NCBI GenBank assembly: GCA_946965045.2
Contig: OX337237.1
Coordinates: 1,116,001 to 1,180,000, forward strand
Length of the DNA: 64,000 nucleotides
Source: Epithemia pelagica
Taxonomy: Eukaryota > Protista > Bacillariophyta
Direction: 5' to 3'
Part shown: in pieces, positions 20,443 through 31,717 of the stretch
Position numbering within the stretch: position 1 is the first letter of the stretch
Layout of the letters: every line of letters begins with the position of its first letter
Program-made: the position numbers and the translations under genes
Notes under the pieces: model-generated
The model's input: the letters and a program-made list of their open reading frames with translations, nothing else
What the model was told of the DNA's origin: nothing
Database searches by the model: none

Positions 20443-22556
20443 GGTAGTCGTCAATCTGGATGATGATGAGGATGATTCTTGTGGTGTTGATGTTTCTACA
20501 GTTGCAGGAATGTGCCTTCCTCTGCACGTCCTTCAGAAGACTCTCAAAAGGTCTTGGTCCCGTTCATCCACCCGAAATCGCTATCCCTGCTACCGGAGTC
20601 GGGATTCCTCTAGCCCTTCCCTTGATTTCCACTTTCCTTTGGCAATTCCACAATGTTGCACCGAGCGGCAGAAGAAGAGACTCAGGGCCTGTGTGTGTCA
20701 CACTGCCACGTCCAAGAACCCAATGGATTTGGTAGTTTTACCTTGTCGGTGGTCCCGTCGTGCAAAAGACGCACCCGACCGCAACCATGGCAAAAAACTC
20801 ATGCGGCCAATGAACAGGATGCCACCAGAACCGAGAAGGAACAATGTAACCATCTCTCCACAATGCCATGTTGCCCGTAACTGAGCAATAACGTCCCATG
20901 TATTGGCACTCAAGAGTTACGCAACGACAAACACTCATGATTTCGTGGAAGAACGATCCCCCACCAGGAATGAGTGGAGATGGGAAAGGGATGCGCCGTC
21001 CGAGTTTGCCAGATTCATCCTATCCGTCAGTGTCGGGACGGGGGAAAGAACCGGCAATCACTCTCCCTTGGGATTCCACAATGTAACACTGATTGCATTT
21101 GGGTGATCATGGGAGCAACCTTCTACGCATTCCATCCAAGACACAAGAGTGTTTGGTTTCCCGAAAACCACGCTCTACTACGCAAATTCCTGGGATACCA
21201 TTCCCCAGGTGTCAAGCAAGTGTGACTCTGACGTACACAAGATCCAAACTTTTTTACGTGGTGATTGTTGTTACTCTCGAACGAGCCAGAGACTTGTGTG
21301 TGTGTAACGCACTCTCCGAAAAGTTCTTGAAACACCCGAATAACCAAGAACCGCACGTTGTGTGTTGTCAAAGAATGAAGTTTGAATCTCGTATTCTGGA
21401 CAAAAAATGTGTGAGGCAAAAGGTGACGGTCCAAAGGTTCCAACTGTGAATGGCCACCGGTTCACAGTTAGATAGAGTTTGCTAGTTGCAAGGGTCGTTT
21501 TGGTCTTTTATCTACGAGTGCGTTGTCTCCTTTTGTTTGCGATCGCGACGACTCTTTCATCCCAAAAACAAAACAGCCTCTTCACGACATGATTATTCTT
21601 TGTCTCGTCTTCTCAAACAAGATGTCGCCAATCGAATGGGTCCCTTCGTCCCTTCGAAACACTGCACACAAACAGAGCAGTCCAGGACAATTTCCCAAAG
21701 GGCAATTCTACTCATTCACGGTTCAGGAGACTGACCCTCTCGCATAACTCAAACTTGAGCGTACGTATCCTTGAATGTAAACAGATTTTAGGAGTTCAGT
21801 GGTAATGAAACGATAGAGAGTATAGAGTGAAAGACCAGCCGGTTTGCGGCTCGCGAGCTGCGAGCTCCCCGGAACAGACTGTTCTTGTTGTTCTGGTTCT
21901 GCCATTTCGATGACGCATGACGTATCATGCAGGACTTATCGCAATATTGAGTGGGCTCAGTGACCCGGGACTCAGTGATTCACTCCCACGCGTACGGCGC
22001 AGTAAATTTGAACATTAGCTAGCAACATGATTCCAGATATCCACGTAGAGGAGTAGGTATCCATGCTGCGTGCATTGTGCGTAGTGCGTAACTACCTCCA
22101 AGCAGAGGCGACCCGGTCAGTCGCACCTAGTGTTGCATTCCCTTACGAGTGCAGCTTTTTTCCGACTGAGGCCTGCAGGACTCACTCACCCCCGCTGGGG
22201 GGTAAGTGAATAACTCGTACACGTTACACACGACGGAGTCGAGAGATAATTCGCTGCGTACAATTTTTACAGACGGAGAATATAACGCAGAGAACGGAGA
22301 ATAGTCAGAGCTCAATCCCACAAACTGGAAAAAGCGAATTGCCCTCTAGCGATCGTCTGGAGTCTGGATGCATGAAGGATTGCAAGACTGCAACACACAA
22401 CAACAACCATCTGAAGTAGGTAACCTTACGGAGCAACGCAATCCCACTCAAGACGGAAGGAATCTGATTTCATCATTCCCTTGCATTCCCACAACCTACA
22501 ACCCAACCAGGACAGCCCAAGACTCCTCTGCTGTTCGTCTCTTTTACCAACCAACC

Positions 22557-23536
22557 ATGATGCACTCGAAACGCTCACTACCACATCCAGGTTCGTCTTT
22601 GGAACAAACGTTGCCATCTCCTTCGTAAGGCGGCAAACCAGCACTGTTTGGCAATCTCTGTCGCGAAGAAAGTGAAACAACAGTGGAAAGCGAAAGCAGC
22701 CTCGAAAGTTGCCGTTGCCATGACCACGACGACACGCCCTATGTCATTCAAGTGGTCGAACCATCCTTGCAATCGTCGTCACATTCTAGTAGTTCACCCT
22801 CCTTCTCGGTACTCGTGGTGGGTGTCACGGGACCGTGTGGGACGGAAACGGTTCGACAATTGGCTGCTGCTTCATCCGGCGCCATGATTTATGGAATGAG
22901 CTGTGACATTGGCAGCGTCTCGCAAGAAACCATGAACCAAACCGAGGCCTTGATTCAAGGCCATGCGACAGACCGTGCCGATCTCGAACGAGCCTTGTGG
23001 ATTAGTCAAGCGGATACTATTGTGGTATGTGCCGATGATGTCTCTCTCTGGAAAACACAAGAGGGACAGGGATCAGCGGTGGCTCTTTCCTTGACACATA
23101 CACTGGTTTCCGTCTTGGCACAAGAATGCTTTCAACAGGTGCGTCTGTTAGTGGTATCGTGGGCGACATTCACCACAACTGCAGACGACCCACAAGGGCC
23201 CCAACACGGCGGCGGCGGCATGACTCTACTGGAACATCATATGCAACTCGAACACGAGCTTCAAGACGACCCCACGGTACGAAACCGGACTACCATTTTG
23301 CGTCCACCCAAGACGGATGGTTTCTTGGACATTTTGACCGGCTCTCGGAACTGTCGCTTGCCCGTGGCCGCCCAACGGTTGCATTTCCGAACCGCGACAG
23401 CGAGCAAGAAAAGCAAATCACGGAGGACCCACTGGCAAGGATGGTCCAAAACGCGACACAAGAATTGGCCAAATATGTCGTCCACGAAGTCATTCATGGA
23501 CAGCATCCAGGCCTTATTGTCAACATTCCACCATGA
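22557..23536 (+). pseudogene. NAD(P)-binding Rossmann (NAD_binding_10 / flavin-reductase-like) gene with an in-frame TAA and an apparent -1 frameshift
   Basis: VLVVGVTGPCGTETVRQL, LIQGHATDRADLERAL, ADTIVVC, TTILRP. TAA at 22626 lies in frame between ATG 22557 and the domain. The family-like end (ELAKYVVHEVIHGQHPGLIVNIPP) is in another frame after about 23304. Confidence 0.5.
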
Positions 23537-23935
23537 AGTCATGCATATTTTGAATTGCTTTTGGATCCATCTCATTTTTCAATCCAGCGGCAACAATTTT
23601 GAGCGCTATGGCACAGTTTGTAACACTTTCAACTATAGAACGCTACCGCAATTTTACAATTCTGTTATTCTTTTCCTCTTGTTACCATAGATACAGCCTT
23701 GGCATCGAGGATGTAGAGGTTTCTTCCATATCCTTGTGTTTGTAACTGGATTGCACGATTCTGTCCTTCTCTTCCACATCCACGCTATTGTAAGATCTAT
23801 TTGTGTCTCCCAAACAAGTGAACTCCAACGGGTTCTTCTACGATGGTTTTCTCTCTATGCTACAAAATACAACAACAATCGCTCGTTTCCAAACTACACT
23901 ACTGCAGACTCCACGTCGTAGTAGGTATTAGTACT

Positions 23936-25054
23936 TCAACAGCGGTAGGTTGTACCGGGATGATTCTTGAGGGCTTGCCAATCGATTTCGGCTTGTAATT
24001 TTCGCAATTCCAAATGACGGGCTTCTCGTACTTGCTTGGCCTTTTGTTTGGCCGCTCGCAAGGTACTCAAGGAGGGCAAGGCTTGGGCTACCGATGTTGT
24101 TGCTCTTGTGGTGGTTGCTGTTGTTTTGTGGACACTCGGAACCGGCGAGACCACTGCGACGGATTCCTCGCAGTCGTATTGATGTTCATGGCTGTCATCA
24201 TCATCATCATCAAAGGACAGAGTGGTGGGAATGGTGGAACCGCCATCGTCTTCCATGGTGGTATTGGGGGAAATAATGGTGGAGGACACGACCGATGTCA
24301 AACCACTGCTGGACAAGGAGGCGGTCGTAGCGGTCCCATCCCGGGATGGATTGGTTTGCAACAACACGTAGGAAGACGCATGGGAGGATTTTCGAACATG
24401 CAGGGACGGCGTTTTGGTGGTGGCATACGAATACCGTTTCTTGGACGGTGGAGAATGAGATCCATCCAGAACCAAAAATCCATCGGCATCGCAGGGTGGC
24501 AAGGAAGAGGAGAATTCCGGCTGGTGTGTGTGCCGTTCCATAGCCAAAGGTTCGTGAATCGGCGGTTGTGATCGTGGCAGTGGTGGCGGCGGCGGGGGAG
24601 GTGGTGGTTGCCGTTGTCCGCAACATCGTCGACTGTTGGAGGTAACCGGAGTGGAATCGGTGGTTGTGACGGCAACGGGAGCGTGTGGCGGCGGCGGCGG
24701 CGGTGGAGTGTGGGACACTCCTCGGGTCGGATGAGGTGGTGGTCGAACCACTCCTCGTCTTGCGGAGGAGGATGGTGGCGTGACAAACGGAAGTGGTCGT
24801 CCCGGTGCTCGTGGAACCATGGGTGCTCTGTTTTCTGGTTGTCGTTCGGTATTAGTAGGATGAGGATGATCTTGTTCATCGTCACTGGCAAAAATCAGAC
24901 TATTGAGATCGGGTTCTGTTTCTTGATATTCCGTGGACCCATCATAGACTTGCAATTGCGTACTGGACATGGCCGTGCAACACAACAATCGATCCAAAAA
25001 GTGACTGGCCGTTTCTTCCAGCCGCGTTTTGGTGGTTTTGGTTCGTTCCAACAT
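23936..25054 (-). CDS. Hypothetical Pro/Ser/Thr-rich disordered protein with a short basic C-terminal helix (about 372 aa)
   Basis: Long ORF; probable ATG 25054 (MLERTKTT...); codon-scale Pro/Thr/Asp runs; C-terminus LRAAKQKAKQVREARHLELRKLQAEIDWQAL. Confidence 0.6.
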   Translation of the reverse strand: MLERTKTTKTRLEETASHFLDRLLCCTAMSSTQLQVYDGSTEYQETEPDLNSLIFASDDEQDHPHPTNTERQPENRAPMVPRAPGRPLPFVTPPSSSARRGVVRPPPHPTRGVSHTPPPPPPPHAPVAVTTTDSTPVTSNSRRCCGQRQPPPPPPPPPLPRSQPPIHEPLAMERHTHQPEFSSSLPPCDADGFLVLDGSHSPPSKKRYSYATTKTPSLHVRKSSHASSYVLLQTNPSRDGTATTASLSSSGLTSVVSSTIISPNTTMEDDGGSTIPTTLSFDDDDDDSHEHQYDCEESVAVVSPVPSVHKTTATTTRATTSVAQALPSLSTLRAAKQKAKQVREARHLELRKLQAEIDWQALKNHPGTTYRC

Positions 25055-26742
25055 GGCGTCGTGTGTGTGATGCAAAAAGGCAAGGGACGACTTTTTGATT
25101 TGTGGTCTCTGGAATCCAAGACAATGGCGGCTCTCGAGTTTGTGGATTGGTTGGAACAGACCACAGTTTCGACCACCAGGAGGAGGAGTTGTTGCGACGA
25201 TGGTGGGTTGAGAGGGCGTTGATTTGGAAACACCCGCGAGCAAACGAATCGATTCCGCTTCTCACCCAGACAAGTGTTGAATTGTGACTCCTACACACAC
25301 ACTACTAAGTACAAGTGTTGTGAGTCGAACACAAGAGTGACAACACACAACGGGAGGGGTTGAACCACGGAGGCCAAGAGGGAGAAACTGGAGTGTCCCA
25401 AAGGGCCTTTCCAGAGGAAGACTGGTTGTGATATTCCAACTGGTGTGGTAGATTGAAGTGGTTCAACAGTACCCCAGAAGAGCAAGCCTCGACGATGCGT
25501 TCTTGTGGGAGTCTCAATCCGCAATGTACCTTTCTTTCTCTCAAGAGGACGGAGTATCGTTTCGACAGCTTAAAACGAAGTTGGAGAGCTCGACCACAAA
25601 ACTGAACTGGAGTCGATTGAGAGTGTGCGGTCCCAGCAATCACAAGCAAATGGTAATAATCGAAAACTTCTCTCAACGTCGGAGCTTCCAGGCAGGCAGT
25701 ACAGCGTGACTGCTACGTGTAGGGAGAAACGTACGAATGAATGTGTACGGCCCTGTTTCTGTTGCGACGAGAGAAATCGAGAGGGAGAGAGAGGCGATAC
25801 ATATCGCGTGAACAAAAACGGTCTCACTTTTTGCAATTTTGTTGTTGGACTGCCAATTGGAACCAATCGTGGATTATAATAGAGTGTCCCGTCTCCGAGG
25901 AATACATAGAGTGGACACGAGCTACGAAAACCTTGAGCCAACTGTCTGTACAATGGATCGTGTCTTTGAACTGCGCGACCGAAACGGATACCTATAAGCT
26001 TCCACGGGCGATTCGCGCACTTTCTTCCGTCACATACTATGTATTTGTCGCACTCTACAGGACTGGGTACTTTGAAATAGAGCACCATGGGACCAAAGTC
26101 CCGGCAAACTCTGAATACATTCCATGGAAGTAACAATCATCGCGCCAGCCCGTGATGACTGTGAAATAGAAAGTAGAGCGAGCCAATGAATGGGCACCGA
26201 GTTGTACAGTTTACAGTAGAGTAAAATTTTGAAGCCGCGAAAACGCGACCCGCTCTTGATGGATGCCTACAAATTTTGGAGGTACCCCGGCCACTCTCCG
26301 TCAAACTGTACGTTTGGATCGTGGATCGTGGTCGTTCCGACAATGACGAACGGAAAAAATCTGGCCCTCCAAAGCCATTCTCGCCACGCGCTCCTCCATC
26401 CATCGTGCACCTTGTTTCGTTTGGTCTCTCTCTCTCTTCTTGGTTGTTGGTTCCCAAGACTTGGGTTTGGACCTGACCCAGATATTGATCGACGACTTTG
26501 GTGCCTCTCAAGGGATTGACTTGGACTGCTTTCCATAACTTAGAGCACCAAAGGAATCTCCCCTGTCACTATTTGCAAAAAAAGTGACGCGCGTCGTGAA
26601 AGACAGCTGCTGCTCATCCATCAATCCATTGCAACGGATCTCTTGTCCAGGCTCAAAGAACATCAAGACCAGCCGTTCTCCCTTTTGGCTTGTGGTGACT
26701 CCAACGACTCGAAACGGTCCCGAAGAATCTACCTAGCTTGAC

Positions 26743-27163
26743 CTATTGTCCATCATGCCAAACTTGTTCCTTATAATGGTCTTTTACGTCTTGTTCGACG
26801 CCTTTTCCTAAAGCACCAAAACTCTTCAAGAGCCAGTACACCACTGGTCCCTGCCTCATCATGGTGTTGCCAATGGCATAGAGAGGAGTTTCTTTCGATG
26901 TGTGTGTGTACGCGCGGTATGACCCCGGGGACACGAACGTTGCATGGAGGATGGTGGTTGTTGTCGTTGTAAAGGACCACCCCGCTCTTGTCAATGCAAC
27001 CGGACGCGTGGAAGGAACACGACGGAATAGTGTATAGAACTACCCGAATCTTTAGAGTGTCTATTACGGGACAAGCATACCTCTTTGTTTTCCACCTGTC
27101 TTCTACGGTCGTGGAAGGAGGACCAACTGGTCCCGTCTGTAGATTTCGGTAGGATGGATGCAT
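26743..27163 (-). CDS. Small hypothetical protein (108 aa if spliced 27163-27081 + 26986-26743)
   Basis: Donor GTATGC at 27080 and an AAG acceptor at 26987 join two track ORFs with matching phase 2. The acceptor is weak and no family was recognised. Confidence 0.3.
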
Positions 27164-28285
27164 CAATGGATGGAGAAGAAAGGACCTAGGTATGACTGTA
27201 GAGACGCAAAAAGGACACGAAGAATGTGATGACGAGCGAGACACAAAGTACATCTTTTATCCGCGGACCAATGCTTGGATCTCGTTCTAGGAAAAATGGT
27301 AGTTCACTCGTTACCGCTTTGTGCTGCAACGAAAAAGACGAAGGGATTTTTGTCATGATTTCGACAATCCTTTTCTCCAAGAGGGTCTCCTCTACACGCA
27401 CCTGTTAGTTGCTGATGCCCCACCCAGAAGAGTTGTTGTGCATGATTGAAACTGAGATCATGGTCCACAGTCCACAGCCACGGAGCATCGCTCTACTACT
27501 ATGCAAGCTATCTCGACGCTGGTCCTTTCGGGGAGGACGATAGTCGAGTCATGGAATGTGGTTTGAGCCGTGGGGGTGGGGGAGGAGGATCGCGCCATTG
27601 TGGCATCCATCGGCTCGCGCGCGATTGTTTTCTGATGGCTTGACGTCAATCAGGTGTCACGAACTCGGACACCACGCATTGAAACTCCTCATCATTATGA
27701 TACGTTTATCAATTAAAGATCATTGTGAATCTTAGAATCTTTTACCGATGAGGTGTGATTGGAACCCAAACGCGAAGACGAAATTGCACACCAAAGAGAG
27801 CCAGATGTCTTGGTACGTAGGGGGCAGTAGGGAACATACGTAGTCCCAACGCTCGGGACGAATGGAGGTTCGTATTTGGAATTTGGAGTGCGAACGGGAG
27901 GTACAGTCATGAGCGCGCGCGACTCGCCATTCGCCTACAGTACCATGGCGCATCACGGTCACTCTCAAAATTTTTGTAGCATCTGCTCTCGTGATACACG
28001 TAGGTTGTCATCACAATCTCAAGTCAAACGAGAGCCGCCCAACGAAAAGGTCGTGTGGTGCTTCTTGTTTCTTGTTGTCCAGTTTGAGTGACAGCGAACG
28101 TTGGACTTGACATCTCTCGTGCTGTGTTTCGGTCTTGGCGTGTCTTTGCGGCAGTGTCTCTAATTTGGCTTGTGTGACAACCTCTCTGGAAGCTTTGTGC
28201 TCAGCTTCCTTCTCTTCTTGAATCGATCAAGTCCGTGCTGAGCGACTATTTCATTCAGTGGTCTTTCGTTTGTGACTGTCCCAAC

Positions 28286-29818
28286 ATGTCACTGTCTACC
28301 ATTCTTCGGTCGTATCGGGCGCCTCATCATGAACAGGCTCCCTCTTCTCCTTCGTCGTCGTCATCGGACAAGAACCAGAATTCTAATCCCTTGTCGAAAG
28401 AAGATGCCATGGCCTGCACGCGGATACTGGAACAATGCGAAATGTTTCAAAAGGTGCCACCGGAAATGTTGACGGCAGTAGTGGCCGAAATGAGAGTTCG
28501 TCATGTCCACCAAAATGAAAAGTTTGTGCATCAAGGTGAATCCTGCGATCGCTTTTACTTGTTGGAAGAAGGTGAAATCATTCGCAAGCATTTGGACGAG
28601 AGCAGCGGCAAGACGCATGTGGTCAAATTTGCCATTAAAGCGAGTTCCATCAACACCATGCGCATCTTGTCTGGTGATACCTACCACAATACCATTAAAT
28701 GCGTCAGTGAAGGTGGTTGCAAGTTGTACGAAATGAGACGCACCGATTTTATCAATTTGTTGAAACGCAATCCGGACTTGTCGGTTCACATTGCCGATGG
28801 CTTGAGTGAAGCTTTGAAGCGAGGTTCCAAAAAGTTTCAGACACCCTTGCTGCAACAACAGCAACAAGAAGTCAATGTGCCAGCTGTCGCCATTGCAGCC
28901 GGCATTGAATCCTATTATCGGAGCGCCTTGAATGCCCTCTTGAATGCGCAATTGACGGGTATCAAGGCACCTCAATTGTTCCCCAATATGCACGTTCAAG
29001 TGCCGGTCCGAATTTCCTATATTACTGGATTCAAGGGTTTGCGAGCCGCCTTGGAAAGTTGGATCGACAAGTCGGACGAGGGAGGGCCAGCGTCTCTCTT
29101 TGCATCATCATCATCCTCTTCTTCTTCATCCCCCCTGATCCATGGAGCCCGTCACGACGATCATCATTCGACCATCAATAGTACTTCGTTTCGTTTGGCC
29201 ATGGCCATTGCTCCTGGTATTATCATGACACCGATTGCCAGTGTCTTGGAGGCCTCCAATGCCGGTCACATGAACTCGGAACCCCTCTTGACACGCCGTT
29301 GGATGCGAGGCTTTGTCCCCCGCATGGGTCGTGAAATTATTTTTGGATTGGGCCTGAATCAATTGAGTGATTACTTTGAAGAACGATGGTATCCCATTTT
29401 TCACGCCGACAGTACCAATCGCGACGGCATTGGCGAAACGGCCAAGAACCACAATTCTGTTTTGGCCAACGCAGCTGGCAGTTTGACGGCTGGTATCGTG
29501 GCGGGATACTTTTCGCACATTCCGCACAACATGTCCACATACAAATTGTTGGAACCGCAAAAGTCGTACGGGGAATTGTACCGCTACTTTGTGCAGCAAT
29601 CCGTCCCTCCCTTTGTCCATGACACGTGTCGACACTGGTCGCCCCAGGCCAAGTCCGTGGTGGAAACCATGGCCGCCACGCTCTTTCCCCGAGGCCTCAT
29701 TTTGCGCACGACGCAAATTGTCGGGTCCTTTGTCATTTTGAATGGAACCATTAATTATTTGCAAAATGTCGAAATGCAAAAGTTGCATTCCATGGCCATG
29801 GGGCATGGCAATTATTGA
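28286..29818 (+). CDS. Cyclic-nucleotide-binding domain fused to a divergent mitochondrial-carrier-like domain (510 aa)
   Basis: cNMP domain: LEQCEMFQKVPPEML..FVHQGESCDRFYLLEEGEI...LYEMRRTDFINLLKRNPDL. Carrier-like repeats: GIIMTPIASVLE..WMRGFVPRMGREIIFG and AGIVAGYFSHIPHNMSTYK..LFPRGLILRTTQI. Confidence 0.75.
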   Translation: MSLSTILRSYRAPHHEQAPSSPSSSSSDKNQNSNPLSKEDAMACTRILEQCEMFQKVPPEMLTAVVAEMRVRHVHQNEKFVHQGESCDRFYLLEEGEIIRKHLDESSGKTHVVKFAIKASSINTMRILSGDTYHNTIKCVSEGGCKLYEMRRTDFINLLKRNPDLSVHIADGLSEALKRGSKKFQTPLLQQQQQEVNVPAVAIAAGIESYYRSALNALLNAQLTGIKAPQLFPNMHVQVPVRISYITGFKGLRAALESWIDKSDEGGPASLFASSSSSSSSSPLIHGARHDDHHSTINSTSFRLAMAIAPGIIMTPIASVLEASNAGHMNSEPLLTRRWMRGFVPRMGREIIFGLGLNQLSDYFEERWYPIFHADSTNRDGIGETAKNHNSVLANAAGSLTAGIVAGYFSHIPHNMSTYKLLEPQKSYGELYRYFVQQSVPPFVHDTCRHWSPQAKSVVETMAATLFPRGLILRTTQIVGSFVILNGTINYLQNVEMQKLHSMAMGHGNY

Positions 29819-31717
29819 GGAACCAAAAGAACGAACCAGAACGATTTTGTGCGTGTGTGTGTGTGTTTGTATCAATACTATGTGAACCCTGTGGCGAGTC
29901 ACGACTGTTGTAATTGGTTTGGAACGGAGAGAGGTGGTTCGGGTGTACCGGTCTAAACGAGATGCCGCCCAGGGTACCCCAAGACGAAAACTGCGGTATT
30001 GCGGACGACGACAGTTGTCCATGCCATGGTACTAGGGATTCTTACACCCATGCAAGGAAGGAATGAACCAACGATTGTAGTGCTGTCTTCTCGTTGGACC
30101 TCCAAGTCGGCATTGCGAGAGAGCACTTCTTGCAACTCCACTCCTGGGTTTTCTTCCGCTCCCTGCCACTTGCCATTCCTCGAACCAAGGATTATTATGA
30201 TACCATTAGAAACAAACAGCCCATCCAGAAGACGGCTTGCGAAATATAAACAACGCTTCGAATCGGTTCCAGCCGAGTGTCCTATAAACTCTACCTAGAA
30301 AGAATACCTCCCATTTCATTGATTGAATTCTGAGGTCTAGCTTTGACAGGGACTCTTCTTCGCAGTATCAACAGAGTGTACTTATATGTGTTGTTGATAG
30401 ACTTCGTGCTCGAGGACAGGACCATCATGGTGGTTTTCTGTTTTGTTGTTGTGTTGGAGACACGGGACTAAAGCGTCGAACTACTCCTAGGAGTAGTGAG
30501 CATGAAGTAGCTAGCGATTGTAGGTAGTACGGGTAGTTTGTTCGTGAGTCGGGACTGTCGTAATTCTTGGAACTGCCGCGTGCGTACGCGAGCCATTTTA
30601 ACACCTCAGCGAGTAGAGGTAATAAATGTTCTTACATCATTTTTAAAATAAAGTTCTTATGCCTCGCTCGAGTTTCAAGGACACTTTTTCAGTCGCAACG
30701 AGCTGTCTGACGTAATGCGCCCTCCCAACTCCTTATCGCACGGATACCAACATTTATTATACAGGCTATTGATATTTTATTTTTGTAACGATAGAGATAG
30801 TGTGAATTTGGCAATGATCTCACTCTCACAACTTGCGCATGTGTCTTTGCTCTCATGTCTCTCCGCTCTCACGTACGTGGTGTTCTGCCATTGTATTGCT
30901 GACACAATCATCCCTCCGTTCGTCATGTTCGGCCATAGGTAATAGGTACAGCCGTTTGGTTGGACTTTGGGGAAGCGTTGGAAGACACAAGACACGGACC
31001 GGACGAAGTAACATAAGGAAACGACACCAGACCCACGTCGCTCTTGCTGTCTTCTTTCTTCTTGTTGTTTGGTGACAACCACACACACCTTTGGTGACAA
31101 CCACACACCTTTTGGGACGACCACAACGGGGGGAACCCGAAACCCGAACACAAAACACAAGGGGCAATCTTCCATTCCCTTGGTCGGCGGCACGGATTCT
31201 GGATTCTGATGATTCTCTTCGCCTCTCAAGATTCTCATCAACCTCCTCAAAATCCTCCATACACCATCCAAAACAAACGGCCAAGACCGTGAATGGCTCT
31301 CGCATCCTCAACCTTTACTGGCAAAGGAAGCAAACCTTTGGTTGGGGGGACCGAGGCACTCTAGCTACCGTCTACCAAACACCCTTCATCCCTCTCGACC
31401 GCCCTTCTTGTTGTCCACAGCAGCAACCGACCAAGCAACGGGCCGCGGAGAAGCTCCGCCACGTACGCCTCAAGTTATCGGTGTTGCGTCTGTGTTTTGT
31501 GTGTGTGCAAGTCCTCACCGTCATTCGTTTTCTCTCCTCCTGGCAGTCACTCCGCCCGTAGATGGAACATGACCCCCCGTCGGGGCCCTACTCCTCCCTC
31601 TTCGCTACACCACCAGAGTACCACGTCGTTTTGTTGTTGTTGTTGCCTGTTCCTGTTTGGTATTCGCCCCTCTCGTGAGGGTTAAAGAACCAAGGCGCCC
31701 TTGCTGGACCACCCACC

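Noticed and set aside
20460-21450. Cluster of short ORFs upstream of the second I13 gene
   Set aside because: No consistent exon chain or domain; extra 5-prime exons of the inhibitor cannot be supported.
21840-22330. GC-rich intergenic stretch with short hairpins (e.g. near 22192-22218) and a repeated CTCAGTGA
   Set aside because: No tRNA, snRNA or snoRNA signature and no terminal inverted repeats identified by eye; a covariance-model search would be needed.
25737-25997. Frame with a single internal TGA (possible readthrough or selenoprotein)
   Set aside because: No recognisable domain, redox motif or SECIS-like hairpin; compatible with chance.
30481-30496. Perfect 16-bp palindrome CTACTCCTAGGAGTAG
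   Set aside because: Isolated; no partner terminal repeat or target-site duplication seen, so no element can be called.
31066-31112. Direct repeat TTTGGTGACAACCACACAC(AC)
   Set aside because: Only two copies in intergenic DNA; likely slippage.
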